64,000 bases of DNA from Polyangiaceae bacterium. GTDB lineage: Bacteria > Myxococcota_A > Polyangia > Polyangiales > Polyangiaceae. Below are positions 48,393 to 57,111 of the stretch, one piece after another (position 1 is the first letter of the stretch; each line of letters starts with the position of its first letter). The DNA lies in NCBI GenBank assembly GCA_033763455.1, contig JANRKO010000006.1, forward strand, positions 128,001-192,000. The letters are read 5' to 3'. The notes under the pieces are model-generated. The model made no database searches. It had not been told where the DNA came from and saw only the letters and a list, made by a program, of their open reading frames with translations. Made by a program: the position numbers and the translations under genes.

Positions 48393-48934
48393 GAGGCCCC
48401 TTTTGTCGACGCGCCAAGCGCCACGGTTGTGTAGACCGCCAACGCAAGGTTCATCACCACAAGGCTTACAAGCTTGTAAATTACCCACACATTCATCGGC
48501 AAGTAGAAGGCAACGACAAGATTCAGGGCTCCCGCGAGCGCCATCGCCCAGCCCCATACGGAGTTAATGCGTTGCCACACGTTGGGCTCTATGGGGCCGG
48601 TTTGAGGCATTACCTTTTCCAACAAGGTTCGGATGGTAAGAGCACCAGTTAGCCACTGACGGCCCAAAATGACGGCGGAAAATAGCCACAGAAACACGCT
48701 CGGTTTCCACTTGATAAAGTTGTCATTGTTCAGCCCGAGAGTGAGGCCACCGAGCACGAGAGCGAGCCCTAGGCTGAACAAGTGCAGCTTCTCAACACGG
48801 CGCTTCCAAAACCACTGGACGGCCACCTGCAGGACGGATGCCGCCATCAGTACCGCGGTGGCGACGTAAATTCCGCGTGCGAAGTACGCAACTAAGAAGG
48901 CCACTATCGGGAGGGTGTCGACAAGAATGCTCAT
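48389..48934 (-). CDS. yciB: Inner membrane protein YciB (IspZ)
   Basis: IYVATAVL; GGLTL..NNDNFIKWKP; W.RINSVW; WV.YK. Confidence 0.92.
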   Translation of the reverse strand: MSILVDTLPIVAFLVAYFARGIYVATAVLMAASVLQVAVQWFWKRRVEKLHLFSLGLALVLGGLTLGLNNDNFIKWKPSVFLWLFSAVILGRQWLTGALTIRTLLEKVMPQTGPIEPNVWQRINSVWGWAMALAGALNLVVAFYLPMNVWVIYKLVSLVVMNLALAVYTTVALGASTKGAS

Positions 48935-49115
48935 GGGAAAACCTTAGCTTTGCGCGGGACGGGTCCAACGCTAACACGGTGTGCCGCCGCGCAACACGAG
49001 CTCGCCACGCTGTGCAATCAGCCCGAAAAGTGCCAGCCTGGCCCTAGTGTTCCTTCCTTGACCAGGAGTGTGTTAAGCGAGCTCTTGACACGGCCCCCGC
49101 CGGGCCCTGAAGGAA

Positions 49116-50294
49116 ATGCGCAACATGGTGCAACGTAGAAAGCTTTTGGTTGGGTCGAGTGCTCTTTTTCTATCGGCCATAGGTTGCAAGAGCTCCCAGT
49201 CTGGAGAGCCTAGCGGCGGACCCCAAGCCAAGCCCCTCGGGGATATTGTGGTAGGGCATTACGCCGCGATGACAGGCAGCATCGCCCACTTCGGTCAAGA
49301 TACGGACAAGGCGATCCGCCTTGCCATCGATGAAGTCAATCAGTCTGGCGGCGTGAAAGGGCGCAAGATCAAGCTCGTAACCCTAGACGATCGCGGCGAC
49401 GCAGCTGAGGCCGCCAACGCCGTTTCTCGCCTCATCGACGTGGAGAAAGCCGTGGCACTCCTCGGTGAAGTAGCATCGAGCCTTTCGCTAGCAGGGGGGC
49501 GCATCGCGCAGCGTCGCAAAATCCCGATGGTGTCCCCGTCGTCTACAAATCCTAAAGTCACTGAGGTGGGAGATCAGATTTTTCGAGTCTGCTTCTTGGA
49601 TCCATTCCAGGGCAGCGTGATGGCAAAGTTTGCTCGGGAGAAGCTTAAGATGAGCAAAGTTGCCATCATCAAAGATGTGCGGAACGACTACTCCATTGGC
49701 TTGGCCGACGCGTTCAAGAAGTCGTTTGTGAGCCAAGGCGGCAGTATTGTAGTCGAGCAATCTTACAGCGCTGGGGACTCTGATTTTAGTGCGCAAGTGA
49801 CCGCCGTGCGCGCGGCCGCACCCGAAGCCATGTTTGTGCCCGGTTATTACGCTGAGGTGGGCGCAATCGCCAAAACTGCACAAAGGTTGGGCTTGAAGAT
49901 CCCTTTGATGGGTGGGGACGGTTGGGACGCACCGGATTTGTACAAGATCGGAGGGGATGCCTTGGATGGATCGTATTTCAGCAATCATTTCGCCCCCGAT
50001 GTAGCGACCCCGAAGGCGAAAAAATTCGTCGCTGATTTTACTAAGAAGTATGGCGAGCCCCCGACGGGATTGGGAGCCCTCGGCTACGATGCCGCTATGG
50101 TGTTGGTCCAAGCAATGAACGGAGCCAAGGACATCACCTCACCTTTGATTCGGGATGAGCTCACTAAGGTGCGTGATTTTGAAGGGGTCACTGGCAATAT
50201 CACAATCGACGAGGGGCGCAACGCGAAGAAGAGCGCTGTGGTGCTAAAGATTTCCGGGGGAGCCGCCAAGTTTGAAGCCATGATCGCGCCGTGA
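49116..50294 (+). CDS. livK: Branched-chain amino acid ABC transporter substrate-binding lipoprotein
   Basis: AIGC lipobox; N..GGVKGRKI; STNP; FRVCF.D..QG; GYDAA. Confidence 0.9.
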   Translation: MRNMVQRRKLLVGSSALFLSAIGCKSSQSGEPSGGPQAKPLGDIVVGHYAAMTGSIAHFGQDTDKAIRLAIDEVNQSGGVKGRKIKLVTLDDRGDAAEAANAVSRLIDVEKAVALLGEVASSLSLAGGRIAQRRKIPMVSPSSTNPKVTEVGDQIFRVCFLDPFQGSVMAKFAREKLKMSKVAIIKDVRNDYSIGLADAFKKSFVSQGGSIVVEQSYSAGDSDFSAQVTAVRAAAPEAMFVPGYYAEVGAIAKTAQRLGLKIPLMGGDGWDAPDLYKIGGDALDGSYFSNHFAPDVATPKAKKFVADFTKKYGEPPTGLGALGYDAAMVLVQAMNGAKDITSPLIRDELTKVRDFEGVTGNITIDEGRNAKKSAVVLKISGGAAKFEAMIAP

Positions 50295-51199
50295 CAGAGT
50301 TTCTTCAGCAGGTCATCAACGGGCTATCGCTCGGTTCCGTGTATGCCTTAATGGCCCTCGGCTACACGATGGTGTACGGAGTGCTCCGGCTCATCAACTT
50401 CGCGCACGGCGAAGTCTTCATGGTGGGAGCCTATGTCGGTCTCTACGCCGCGCGCGCGCTGGGCGTGGAACATGCGGCGAGCGGCTTTCCTCCTTACTTG
50501 GCCTTTTTTGTGTTGATTGCCGCAATGGTCGCGTGTGGTGCGCTGGGCGTCGTTCTGGAGCTTCTAGCTTATCGCCCCGTGCGCCACGCTCCCAGGCTCA
50601 CGCCTCTTATCACTGCCATTGGCATGAGCCTGCTTCTGCAGAACCTCGGTATGCTAATTTTTTCCCCGAACCCACAGTATTACCCGCCTATTCTCAAAGA
50701 GGTGCGTTTTGAATTTGGGGGCGTGATCCTCACGAATATTAAGCTCGCCATTTTCGGTGTGGCGCTCGCCTGCATGGCCGGCCTGTTTCTTCTAGTTCAC
50801 CGCACATGGACGGGCAAAGCCATGCGTGCGGTGTCGATGAACCTTTCCGCGGCCCGTCTGATGGGTATTAACACCAATCGCATTATCAGTATCACGTTTG
50901 CGCTTGGGTCCGCTTTGGCCGCCGCCGGTGGCATCCTCTTTGGTCTGGATCAGATCATCGTAAATCCGCTCATCGGAGTGCTGACCGGGCTTAAGGCCTT
51001 TGTGGCGGCAGTGCTTGGAGGTATCGGCAGCATTCCAGGGGCCATGCTGGGTGGGCTATTGATTGGTTTGGCCGAGCAGCTCACCGCGGGCTACCTTTCG
51101 CCGGATTATCGAGATGCGATTATTTTTGTGATCTTGATCATCATTCTTCTTCTGAAGCCAGAAGGCCTGTTGGGGACCGTGCGCCAGGAGAAGGTTTAG
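50291..51199 (+). CDS. livH: Branched-chain amino acid ABC permease
   Basis: NGL.LGSVYALMALGYTMVYG...INFAHGE; KAFVAAVLGGIG. Confidence 0.95.
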   Translation: MTEFLQQVINGLSLGSVYALMALGYTMVYGVLRLINFAHGEVFMVGAYVGLYAARALGVEHAASGFPPYLAFFVLIAAMVACGALGVVLELLAYRPVRHAPRLTPLITAIGMSLLLQNLGMLIFSPNPQYYPPILKEVRFEFGGVILTNIKLAIFGVALACMAGLFLLVHRTWTGKAMRAVSMNLSAARLMGINTNRIISITFALGSALAAAGGILFGLDQIIVNPLIGVLTGLKAFVAAVLGGIGSIPGAMLGGLLIGLAEQLTAGYLSPDYRDAIIFVILIIILLLKPEGLLGTVRQEKV

Positions 51200-52198
51200 A
51201 TGTCCTGGGTGCGGCGCGGTATGTCCGCGGTGCTCGTGGTGCTGGCGCTGTATGCGTTCCAGGAGGTCGCTAATCACTTCTTGATTGAATACGTCGTACG
51301 GATCCTGATGCTCGCGGGGATCAACATTATCCTCGCGGTGGGCCTCAATCTCATCAATGGCACGACGGGGCAGTTCTCGATCGGGCACGCGGGGTTCATG
51401 GCTGTTGGTGCGTATGCTGCGGCCTTCTCGGGTGTGCAAATGCGCCCCACCTTCGTGGGTTGGTTTGGGGAATCTCTCGCCGAGCCGATGGTGTTCAACG
51501 TAGCCCTGCTGATAGGCGCGGTTTTCGCGGGCGTGACGGGGATCTTGGTGGGGATCCCGAGCCTGCGCTTGAAGGGAGATTACCTCGCGATCGTTACCTT
51601 GGGTTTTGGGGAGATCATTCGCATCTTCTTCACCAATCAGGACCGTTTGGGCGCCGCCACCGGATACTTCGGTGATGGCAGCGCAGGGTTGCCAGCGTAC
51701 ACGACGCCATTTTGGGTGTTTCTCTGGGCATTCCTGGTAACCCTTTTGGTCTCCAATCTAACGTCTTCGCAGATAGGCCGCACGCTCCGGGCTATCCGGG
51801 AAGATGAGATAGCCGCCGAGTCCATCGGCGTGCAGACCACACGGCTTAAGGTAACGGCGTTTGCGGTTAGCGCAGCCTTGGCTGGCATTGCCGGTGGCCT
51901 CTTTGCTCACATGCAAGCAGGTGTGCGCCCGGATGATTTCAAGTTCGAAAAGTCTGTCGACATGCTCGTCATGATCATCGTGGGGGGCTTAGGTTCCATC
52001 ACGGGTGCTGTGCTCGGCGGGGTGTTCCTTGCGGTCACGCTTGAAGCCATGCGAGATCTTCAAGAATACCGACTGATTCTGTACGCGTGCCTCCTCGTCG
52101 TTATTATGATTGTTCGGCCCCAAGGGATCTTGGGGCAGCGGGAGTTTTCGCTAAGGGCGCTTTTGGGCGGGAAGCCCAGAAGGGAGCCCACGGCATGA
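51200..52198 (+). CDS. livM: Branched-chain amino acid ABC permease
   Basis: GQFSIGHAGF; LRLKGDYLAIVTLGFGEI; AIREDEIAA. Confidence 0.95.
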   Translation: MSWVRRGMSAVLVVLALYAFQEVANHFLIEYVVRILMLAGINIILAVGLNLINGTTGQFSIGHAGFMAVGAYAAAFSGVQMRPTFVGWFGESLAEPMVFNVALLIGAVFAGVTGILVGIPSLRLKGDYLAIVTLGFGEIIRIFFTNQDRLGAATGYFGDGSAGLPAYTTPFWVFLWAFLVTLLVSNLTSSQIGRTLRAIREDEIAAESIGVQTTRLKVTAFAVSAALAGIAGGLFAHMQAGVRPDDFKFEKSVDMLVMIIVGGLGSITGAVLGGVFLAVTLEAMRDLQEYRLILYACLLVVIMIVRPQGILGQREFSLRALLGGKPRREPTA

Positions 52199-52962
52199 GC
52201 GTGCTTGTGCTCGACCGCGTGGGGAAGGTGTTTGGGGGGTTGCGAGCTGTGACTGGTGTTTCTTTTGAAGTGGAAGAAGGTGAAATTTTCGGTCTCATCG
52301 GACCCAATGGCGCTGGCAAAACCACCGTCTTCAACATCATCACGGGTGTGTACCGGCCTGAAGAGGGAAGGGTGCGGCTGGCGGAGCACGATATAACCGG
52401 CGAGAAACCTGCGCAGATCGCCGCCCGAGGCATCGCCCGGACCTTTCAGAATATTCGCATCTTTGGGGCCATGACGGTGCTTGAAAATGTGATGGTTGCG
52501 GGCAAAAAGCCGGGAACCTCGGGTTTGCTACGCACCATCTTTCGCGCCCAGGGTTTTGCTTCAGAGGAACGACGCCTCGAACAGCGAGCTCGCGAATTAC
52601 TTCAGTTCTTTGGGCTAGAAGGGAATGCAAAGGAGGCCGCGGGGAGCCTCCCCTATGGATCTCAGCGCCGGCTCGAGATTGCGAGGGCGTTGATGCTCAA
52701 CCCTCGCGTTTTGCTCCTGGATGAACCGGCGGCGGGGCTCAACAGCTCCGAGGCGGATGTGCTCACGGGCCTGCTTCGAACCTTGAGACTGGAGCTGAAG
52801 CTGAGCATGGTGCTGGTGGAGCACAACATGGCGGTGGTGATGCAGGTGTGCGACCGTGTTCACGTTATGGACCACGGAGAAACGATTGCCGAAGGTTCAC
52901 CCAGCGTGGTGCAAAATGATCCGAAAGTACTGGCCGCGTACCTGGGAGCTGACTTGCCATGA
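52195..52962 (+). CDS. livG: Branched-chain amino acid ABC ATPase
   Basis: FGGL.AV; GPNGAGKTT; LPYG.QRRLEIARAL; LLDEPAAG. Confidence 0.95.
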   Translation: MSVLVLDRVGKVFGGLRAVTGVSFEVEEGEIFGLIGPNGAGKTTVFNIITGVYRPEEGRVRLAEHDITGEKPAQIAARGIARTFQNIRIFGAMTVLENVMVAGKKPGTSGLLRTIFRAQGFASEERRLEQRARELLQFFGLEGNAKEAAGSLPYGSQRRLEIARALMLNPRVLLLDEPAAGLNSSEADVLTGLLRTLRLELKLSMVLVEHNMAVVMQVCDRVHVMDHGETIAEGSPSVVQNDPKVLAAYLGADLP

Positions 52963-53702
52963 CGGCGAACTTGGCACTCGAGATAGATGAGCTCGCTGTC
53001 GCTTACGGTGGAATCAAGGCCGTGCAGGGTATTTCGCTAGAAGTTGCAACCGGTGAGATTATTGCGCTGATTGGCGCCAACGGGGCGGGGAAATCCACCA
53101 CGCTCAAAGCGATCGTACGTTTAGTGGAGCAAAAGGCAGGCCGCATTCGGGTATTCGGCACCGACATCGCCACTAAGAAAACGCACGAAATTGTGGAGCT
53201 GGGTGTGTCTTTGGTGCCGGAAGGGCGTGCAATTTTTCCGCAGCTTACGGTTCGCGAGAACCTGGAGCTGGGTGCGTATCCACATCGGCGGCAAGCGGCG
53301 CGCTTAGCGCAGAACTTGGAGCGAGTGGTTGAGCTTTTTCCCCGGCTCGGCGAGCGAATGAAACAAGAGGGCGGAACTCTATCCGGCGGGGAACAGCAGA
53401 TGCTGGCAATGGGGCGTGCGCTTATGGCGGAGCCAAAGCTGCTCTTGCTTGACGAACCCAGTCTCGGCTTGGCACCGATCTTGGTAGCTCAGATTTTTGA
53501 AAGTATTGTGCGTATCGCCAAAGCGGGCCTCACGATTCTGCTGGTCGAGCAAAATACTCGCCTGGCGCTCCAAGTTGCCGAACGGGCTTACTGCATGGTG
53601 ACTGGTACGATCTCGCTGCACGGCCAAGCGAGCGACCTCGCAAAAGATCCCCGCATCAAGAACGCCTATCTCGGCGCGGATGTTCAGGCAGAAACGCGCT
53701 AG
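52959..53702 (+). CDS. livF: Branched-chain amino acid ABC ATPase
   Basis: GANGAGKST; VPEGR; LSGGEQQMLA; LDEPSLGLAP. Confidence 0.95.
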   Translation: MTANLALEIDELAVAYGGIKAVQGISLEVATGEIIALIGANGAGKSTTLKAIVRLVEQKAGRIRVFGTDIATKKTHEIVELGVSLVPEGRAIFPQLTVRENLELGAYPHRRQAARLAQNLERVVELFPRLGERMKQEGGTLSGGEQQMLAMGRALMAEPKLLLLDEPSLGLAPILVAQIFESIVRIAKAGLTILLVEQNTRLALQVAERAYCMVTGTISLHGQASDLAKDPRIKNAYLGADVQAETR

Positions 53703-54502
53703 CTGGCCAGCCAGAATACAACAGCAGCCAGGGCGATGCGGTAGTAGGCAAATGGCGCGAGGCCGTGCTTGCCGAGATAACGCACGAAGGTGGCGATGAC
53801 AGCCCACGCCACCAGAAACGACACGACGAGACCGACCGCGAGGCTCGTGGCGCCGATACCCTGCTCAAGCTCGTGACGAGACTTGAACGCCTCGTACACG
53901 GTCGCCGCGCCCAGGGTGGGTAAGGCCAAAAGGAACGAAAACTCGGCCGCCGTACGGGTCGAAAGACCACACAGCTGTGCCGTTACGATGGTGCACATCG
54001 AGCGTGAAGCTCCAGGCCAGAGCGAAAAGCACTGCCCGAGACCGATAAGAAAAGCTCGCTTGGGAGTTACGGCATCGAGGTCATCGCTCACCTCGTTCTG
54101 GTGTCGTGCCACACGTCGCTCAACAACGAGCATGAGCACTCCGCCAACAGCAAGCGCAAGAGCTACAGGCAGAGGGCCAAACAACAGGCGTTTGATCCAG
54201 CTCGCGAACATGAGCCCTACGATGGCGGCCGGCAAGAAGCCTAGCAACAGCGCCAAAAAGAGCTGCATGGATCCAGGCTCTCGCGCTACCATACTCCGGA
54301 GCCGCGCTGAAAGTAGTGCCCGATAATGCACGACCACGGCTAAAATCGCTCCTAGCTGAATAACGATGTCGAACGCCTTTGCGGCTTCCCCGGTCTGCCC
54401 CAGCCAGCGGCTTACCAGGATGAGATGTCCCGTCGATGAAACGGGCAGGTATTCGGTTAGGCCTTCGACGAGCCCGAGAATGATGGCGGTAAAGAGGTCC
54501 AC
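53699..54502 (-). CDS. uppP: Undecaprenyl-diphosphate phosphatase (BacA)
   Basis: LGLVEGLTEYLPVSSTGHL; IQLGAILAV; PGASRS; AAEFSFLL. Confidence 0.96.
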   Translation of the reverse strand: MDLFTAIILGLVEGLTEYLPVSSTGHLILVSRWLGQTGEAAKAFDIVIQLGAILAVVVHYRALLSARLRSMVAREPGSMQLFLALLLGFLPAAIVGLMFASWIKRLLFGPLPVALALAVGGVLMLVVERRVARHQNEVSDDLDAVTPKRAFLIGLGQCFSLWPGASRSMCTIVTAQLCGLSTRTAAEFSFLLALPTLGAATVYEAFKSRHELEQGIGATSLAVGLVVSFLVAWAVIATFVRYLGKHGLAPFAYYRIALAAVVFWLAS

Positions 54503-54583
54503 GGAGTTGGGCGTTTACTCCGAATCGAGTAGTCTGCACCAGCCGGTTTCAACCGAACCCCTCGGGTGATAGTGTTCGCCGCC

Positions 54584-55385
54584 ATGAAGCTCCCTTCGCG
54601 ATGTTTGCTCCTTTTGGGTATTGCCATAAGTGTTGGTTGTGAGGGAACAGAAAGCTGTACCGAGTGAGGCGCCAGTAGCTTCGGCGAAGCCGGCGGCCGA
54701 GCCCGTTGTACCCGCACCTACGCCCACCCCCACAGCTCCGCCCGCTCAGGAAGCGAAGCCAAAGAAGGTAGCTTCGGATTGCCCTAAAACGGATCCCGTG
54801 AGCTTCCCATCTGCTGATTTTGAGGCGGCTGTTCGTCTGAAGCTGCAAAAACCAACCGGGGATATCTCGCGCGCCGATTTGAAGAGGCTGCACTCGCTCA
54901 ATCTGGTTAACGTCAGTTTGAGTGAGTTAGATGTTTGCCTCTTTCCCCACATGACGGGCCTGAAGGAGCTATTTTTGGGCAAGGGCGATTACTCCGATCT
55001 TTCGCCCATATCCGGCGCCACGGGGCTCGAATCTTTGCGCGCATCACTGAACAAGGTTTCCGATTTGAGACCCCTCTCGAAGCTCACCAAGCTTGACCGC
55101 CTAGATCTGGGACACACCGAGGTGACCGATCTTAGCCCCATCGCAAGCCTCACCAATCTCACCGAGCTCATGCTGGATGACACCCAAGTCGCGGACCTTG
55201 CGCCCCTTTCTGGTATGAAACTGCTGGAGCGGCTCAGCATTCAGCGCACGAAGGTGGCTAAGGTGCCGGACCTAAAAGACCTCAAGAAGCTTAAGTTCGT
55301 GTACGTCACGGGAACTCCTGCTGACGAAGATCCCACCTCCTGGGCACCGTTTCGCCGAGTAGGTGCGAAAATAGTTAACCAGTAA
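54584..55385 (+). pseudogene. Internalin-like LRR lipoprotein with a 1-nt frameshift near 54643-54645 (pseudogene or assembly error)
   Basis: ATG 54584 gives MKLPSRCLLLLGIAISVGC then TGA at 54665-54667; removing one G from GGG joins it to the LRR frame (DLSP...LT.L..L.L..T.V repeats). Confidence 0.75.
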
Positions 55386-55388
55386 ACT

Positions 55389-55407
55389 AAAAAAAGAGCG
55401 CGCGCTC
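55389..55407 (-). terminator. Possible intrinsic terminator for the methyltransferase-nuclease pair
   Basis: GAGCGCGCGCTC palindrome followed by T7 on the minus strand; stem is short. Confidence 0.4.
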
Positions 55408-55477
55408 AGGCGTCGCGGACAGCCCCGAGCAATCGCTAGCGCTGTGACCTTCGGCTCAAACGGGACCTCGGGATGCG

Positions 55478-56188
55478 TTAGTCGGAGAGATCAAACGGAA
55501 CTTTTGCTTTTGTTTGGCCTAGGCTGAGCTGGGTCTCAAACCCCAATGAGCACTCTACTGCTAGAGGGGACGCCTCTTTACCGATGCTCTCGACGCGTGC
55601 TGGCTGCGCTTCGGCTAAAGCGGGGCCCTCCTGCGCAGGGGGAAGGGCAGGCAACGAGCCTGGAACCCCCGGCGTGGCTTCCTCCGGAACTGGTGCTTCC
55701 TGGGCGTTTCTATCGACGAACGAAACCGCTACCTTATCGCCGATCAACAATTCCCACCATTGAAACGTGACGGCCAAGATGTGATCGAGCTGCCAGGTTC
55801 CGCTGTTGATCTGGCCCTTTTGTCGCGCCAATTTCCCTAACTCAGAAGTGGGCTGGCAGTAGGCAGCATATTCGGAGCTCTGCAACATGTGCAGCACACC
55901 CTCCGAAAAGCCTGTGCCCGCATACACAACAGCGGCTGGCATGCGTAGGGTTGCTAAATCTTGCAAGGTATACGGGATCTTCTCGTCTGCCGTGCCGCTC
56001 GAATCTTGATATTTGCACTCAAGAGCCAGCGCTTTGTTCGTACTCGGTTCGACCAAGAGCAGATCCACTCGCCGTTGCTTGCCAATAATGGAGGTTCCGA
56101 TGTTCACTTCGTCGTACACGCGCAACCTGTGGCCGTACTCTTTTACGACATATTGAGCGATCAGCCTCTTGTATTCGTGGCCATTCAT
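55478..56188 (-). CDS. PD-(D/E)XK nuclease, putative restriction endonuclease
   Basis: RRVDLLL...ALECKYQDSSGTADEKIPY; ATGA coupling to upstream methyltransferase. Confidence 0.75.
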   Translation of the reverse strand: MNGHEYKRLIAQYVVKEYGHRLRVYDEVNIGTSIIGKQRRVDLLLVEPSTNKALALECKYQDSSGTADEKIPYTLQDLATLRMPAAVVYAGTGFSEGVLHMLQSSEYAAYCQPTSELGKLARQKGQINSGTWQLDHILAVTFQWWELLIGDKVAVSFVDRNAQEAPVPEEATPGVPGSLPALPPAQEGPALAEAQPARVESIGKEASPLAVECSLGFETQLSLGQTKAKVPFDLSD

Positions 56189-57006
56189 GGAAATTCGTTC
56201 GAAAGACGCTCGGTGGTTATTTTTAGGGCTTCCTCACACAGATCATTGCCCAAAAACCTACGGCCTTCACGCAATGCTGCCACGCCAACAGAGCCGGAAC
56301 CCATGAACGGATCTAACACGAGATCTCCCGGTTGGCTGCTCTGGTTCACGAACACCTGCGAAACTTGCCAAGGCTTTTCGGTGGGGTAGCCGCGGTGGAT
56401 GCGGGGATGGCTCAATACATCCGGCACCGAAAGATCTAAGAGCTTCCGTTTGCCCTTCTCAAAGAACAGAATGAATTCGTAACGAGACCGGTAGTGGTAG
56501 CCCATGCCGATTTTCTGTTTATCCCAGACAAGAGGCTTCCAGAAGCGAAACCCGGCCCGTTCGGCGATGGGCTTTACGACAAACATCGTTTCCTGATCGC
56601 TGAACAAGTAGAGATGTGAATTGGCCTTGAGCACTCGATAGAGTTCAGAGAAAAGCTCCGGGAAACGCTCGTTTGGAAAAATCTGAAACCAATCATTGCT
56701 CGAAGATTTGCTGTGGCTCAGGCGCGTGGTGGTCCCAATCGCTCGGTGCTTTTCGAGTGACTCATACGGCGGATCAGTGATCGCCAGATCGATGGAGCCA
56801 TTCGGCAGCCCACTCAGAAACTGAACGGCATCACCCAGCGCCAAGGCAGAACGACGCGTACCAGCGAGCGCCTCCCGCACCTCGGCGGGAGGGAAGGCGA
56901 GCGAAGGACCTTGTTGGAGCGCACGTCGGGGCACGGGGGGTGGGAGGGTAAACCCAGGTAGGCTCAGCGTCGCCGTGGGGTGCCCAGGATCGTCAAAACA
57001 CTGCAT
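56185..57006 (-). CDS. DNA methyltransferase, N6A/N4C beta class
   Basis: AAGGAG RBS; TDPPY precedes PTEKP and LDPFMGSGS. Confidence 0.92.
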   Translation of the reverse strand: MQCFDDPGHPTATLSLPGFTLPPPVPRRALQQGPSLAFPPAEVREALAGTRRSALALGDAVQFLSGLPNGSIDLAITDPPYESLEKHRAIGTTTRLSHSKSSSNDWFQIFPNERFPELFSELYRVLKANSHLYLFSDQETMFVVKPIAERAGFRFWKPLVWDKQKIGMGYHYRSRYEFILFFEKGKRKLLDLSVPDVLSHPRIHRGYPTEKPWQVSQVFVNQSSQPGDLVLDPFMGSGSVGVAALREGRRFLGNDLCEEALKITTERLSNEFP

Positions 57007-57111
57007 AACGAAGCTCCTTCAAGCTTTACGTTTAGCACTGAGCACCCGTGCAGCCTAGCGCCATCTGCCCTAGGCTGGGTCGTAAAATGTCCTAGCAGGC
57101 GCGCGTTCAAT

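Noticed and set aside
48393..48557. Cys-rich N-terminus on MscS
   Set aside because: Alternative-frame overlap with yciB; the likely start is GTG 48392.
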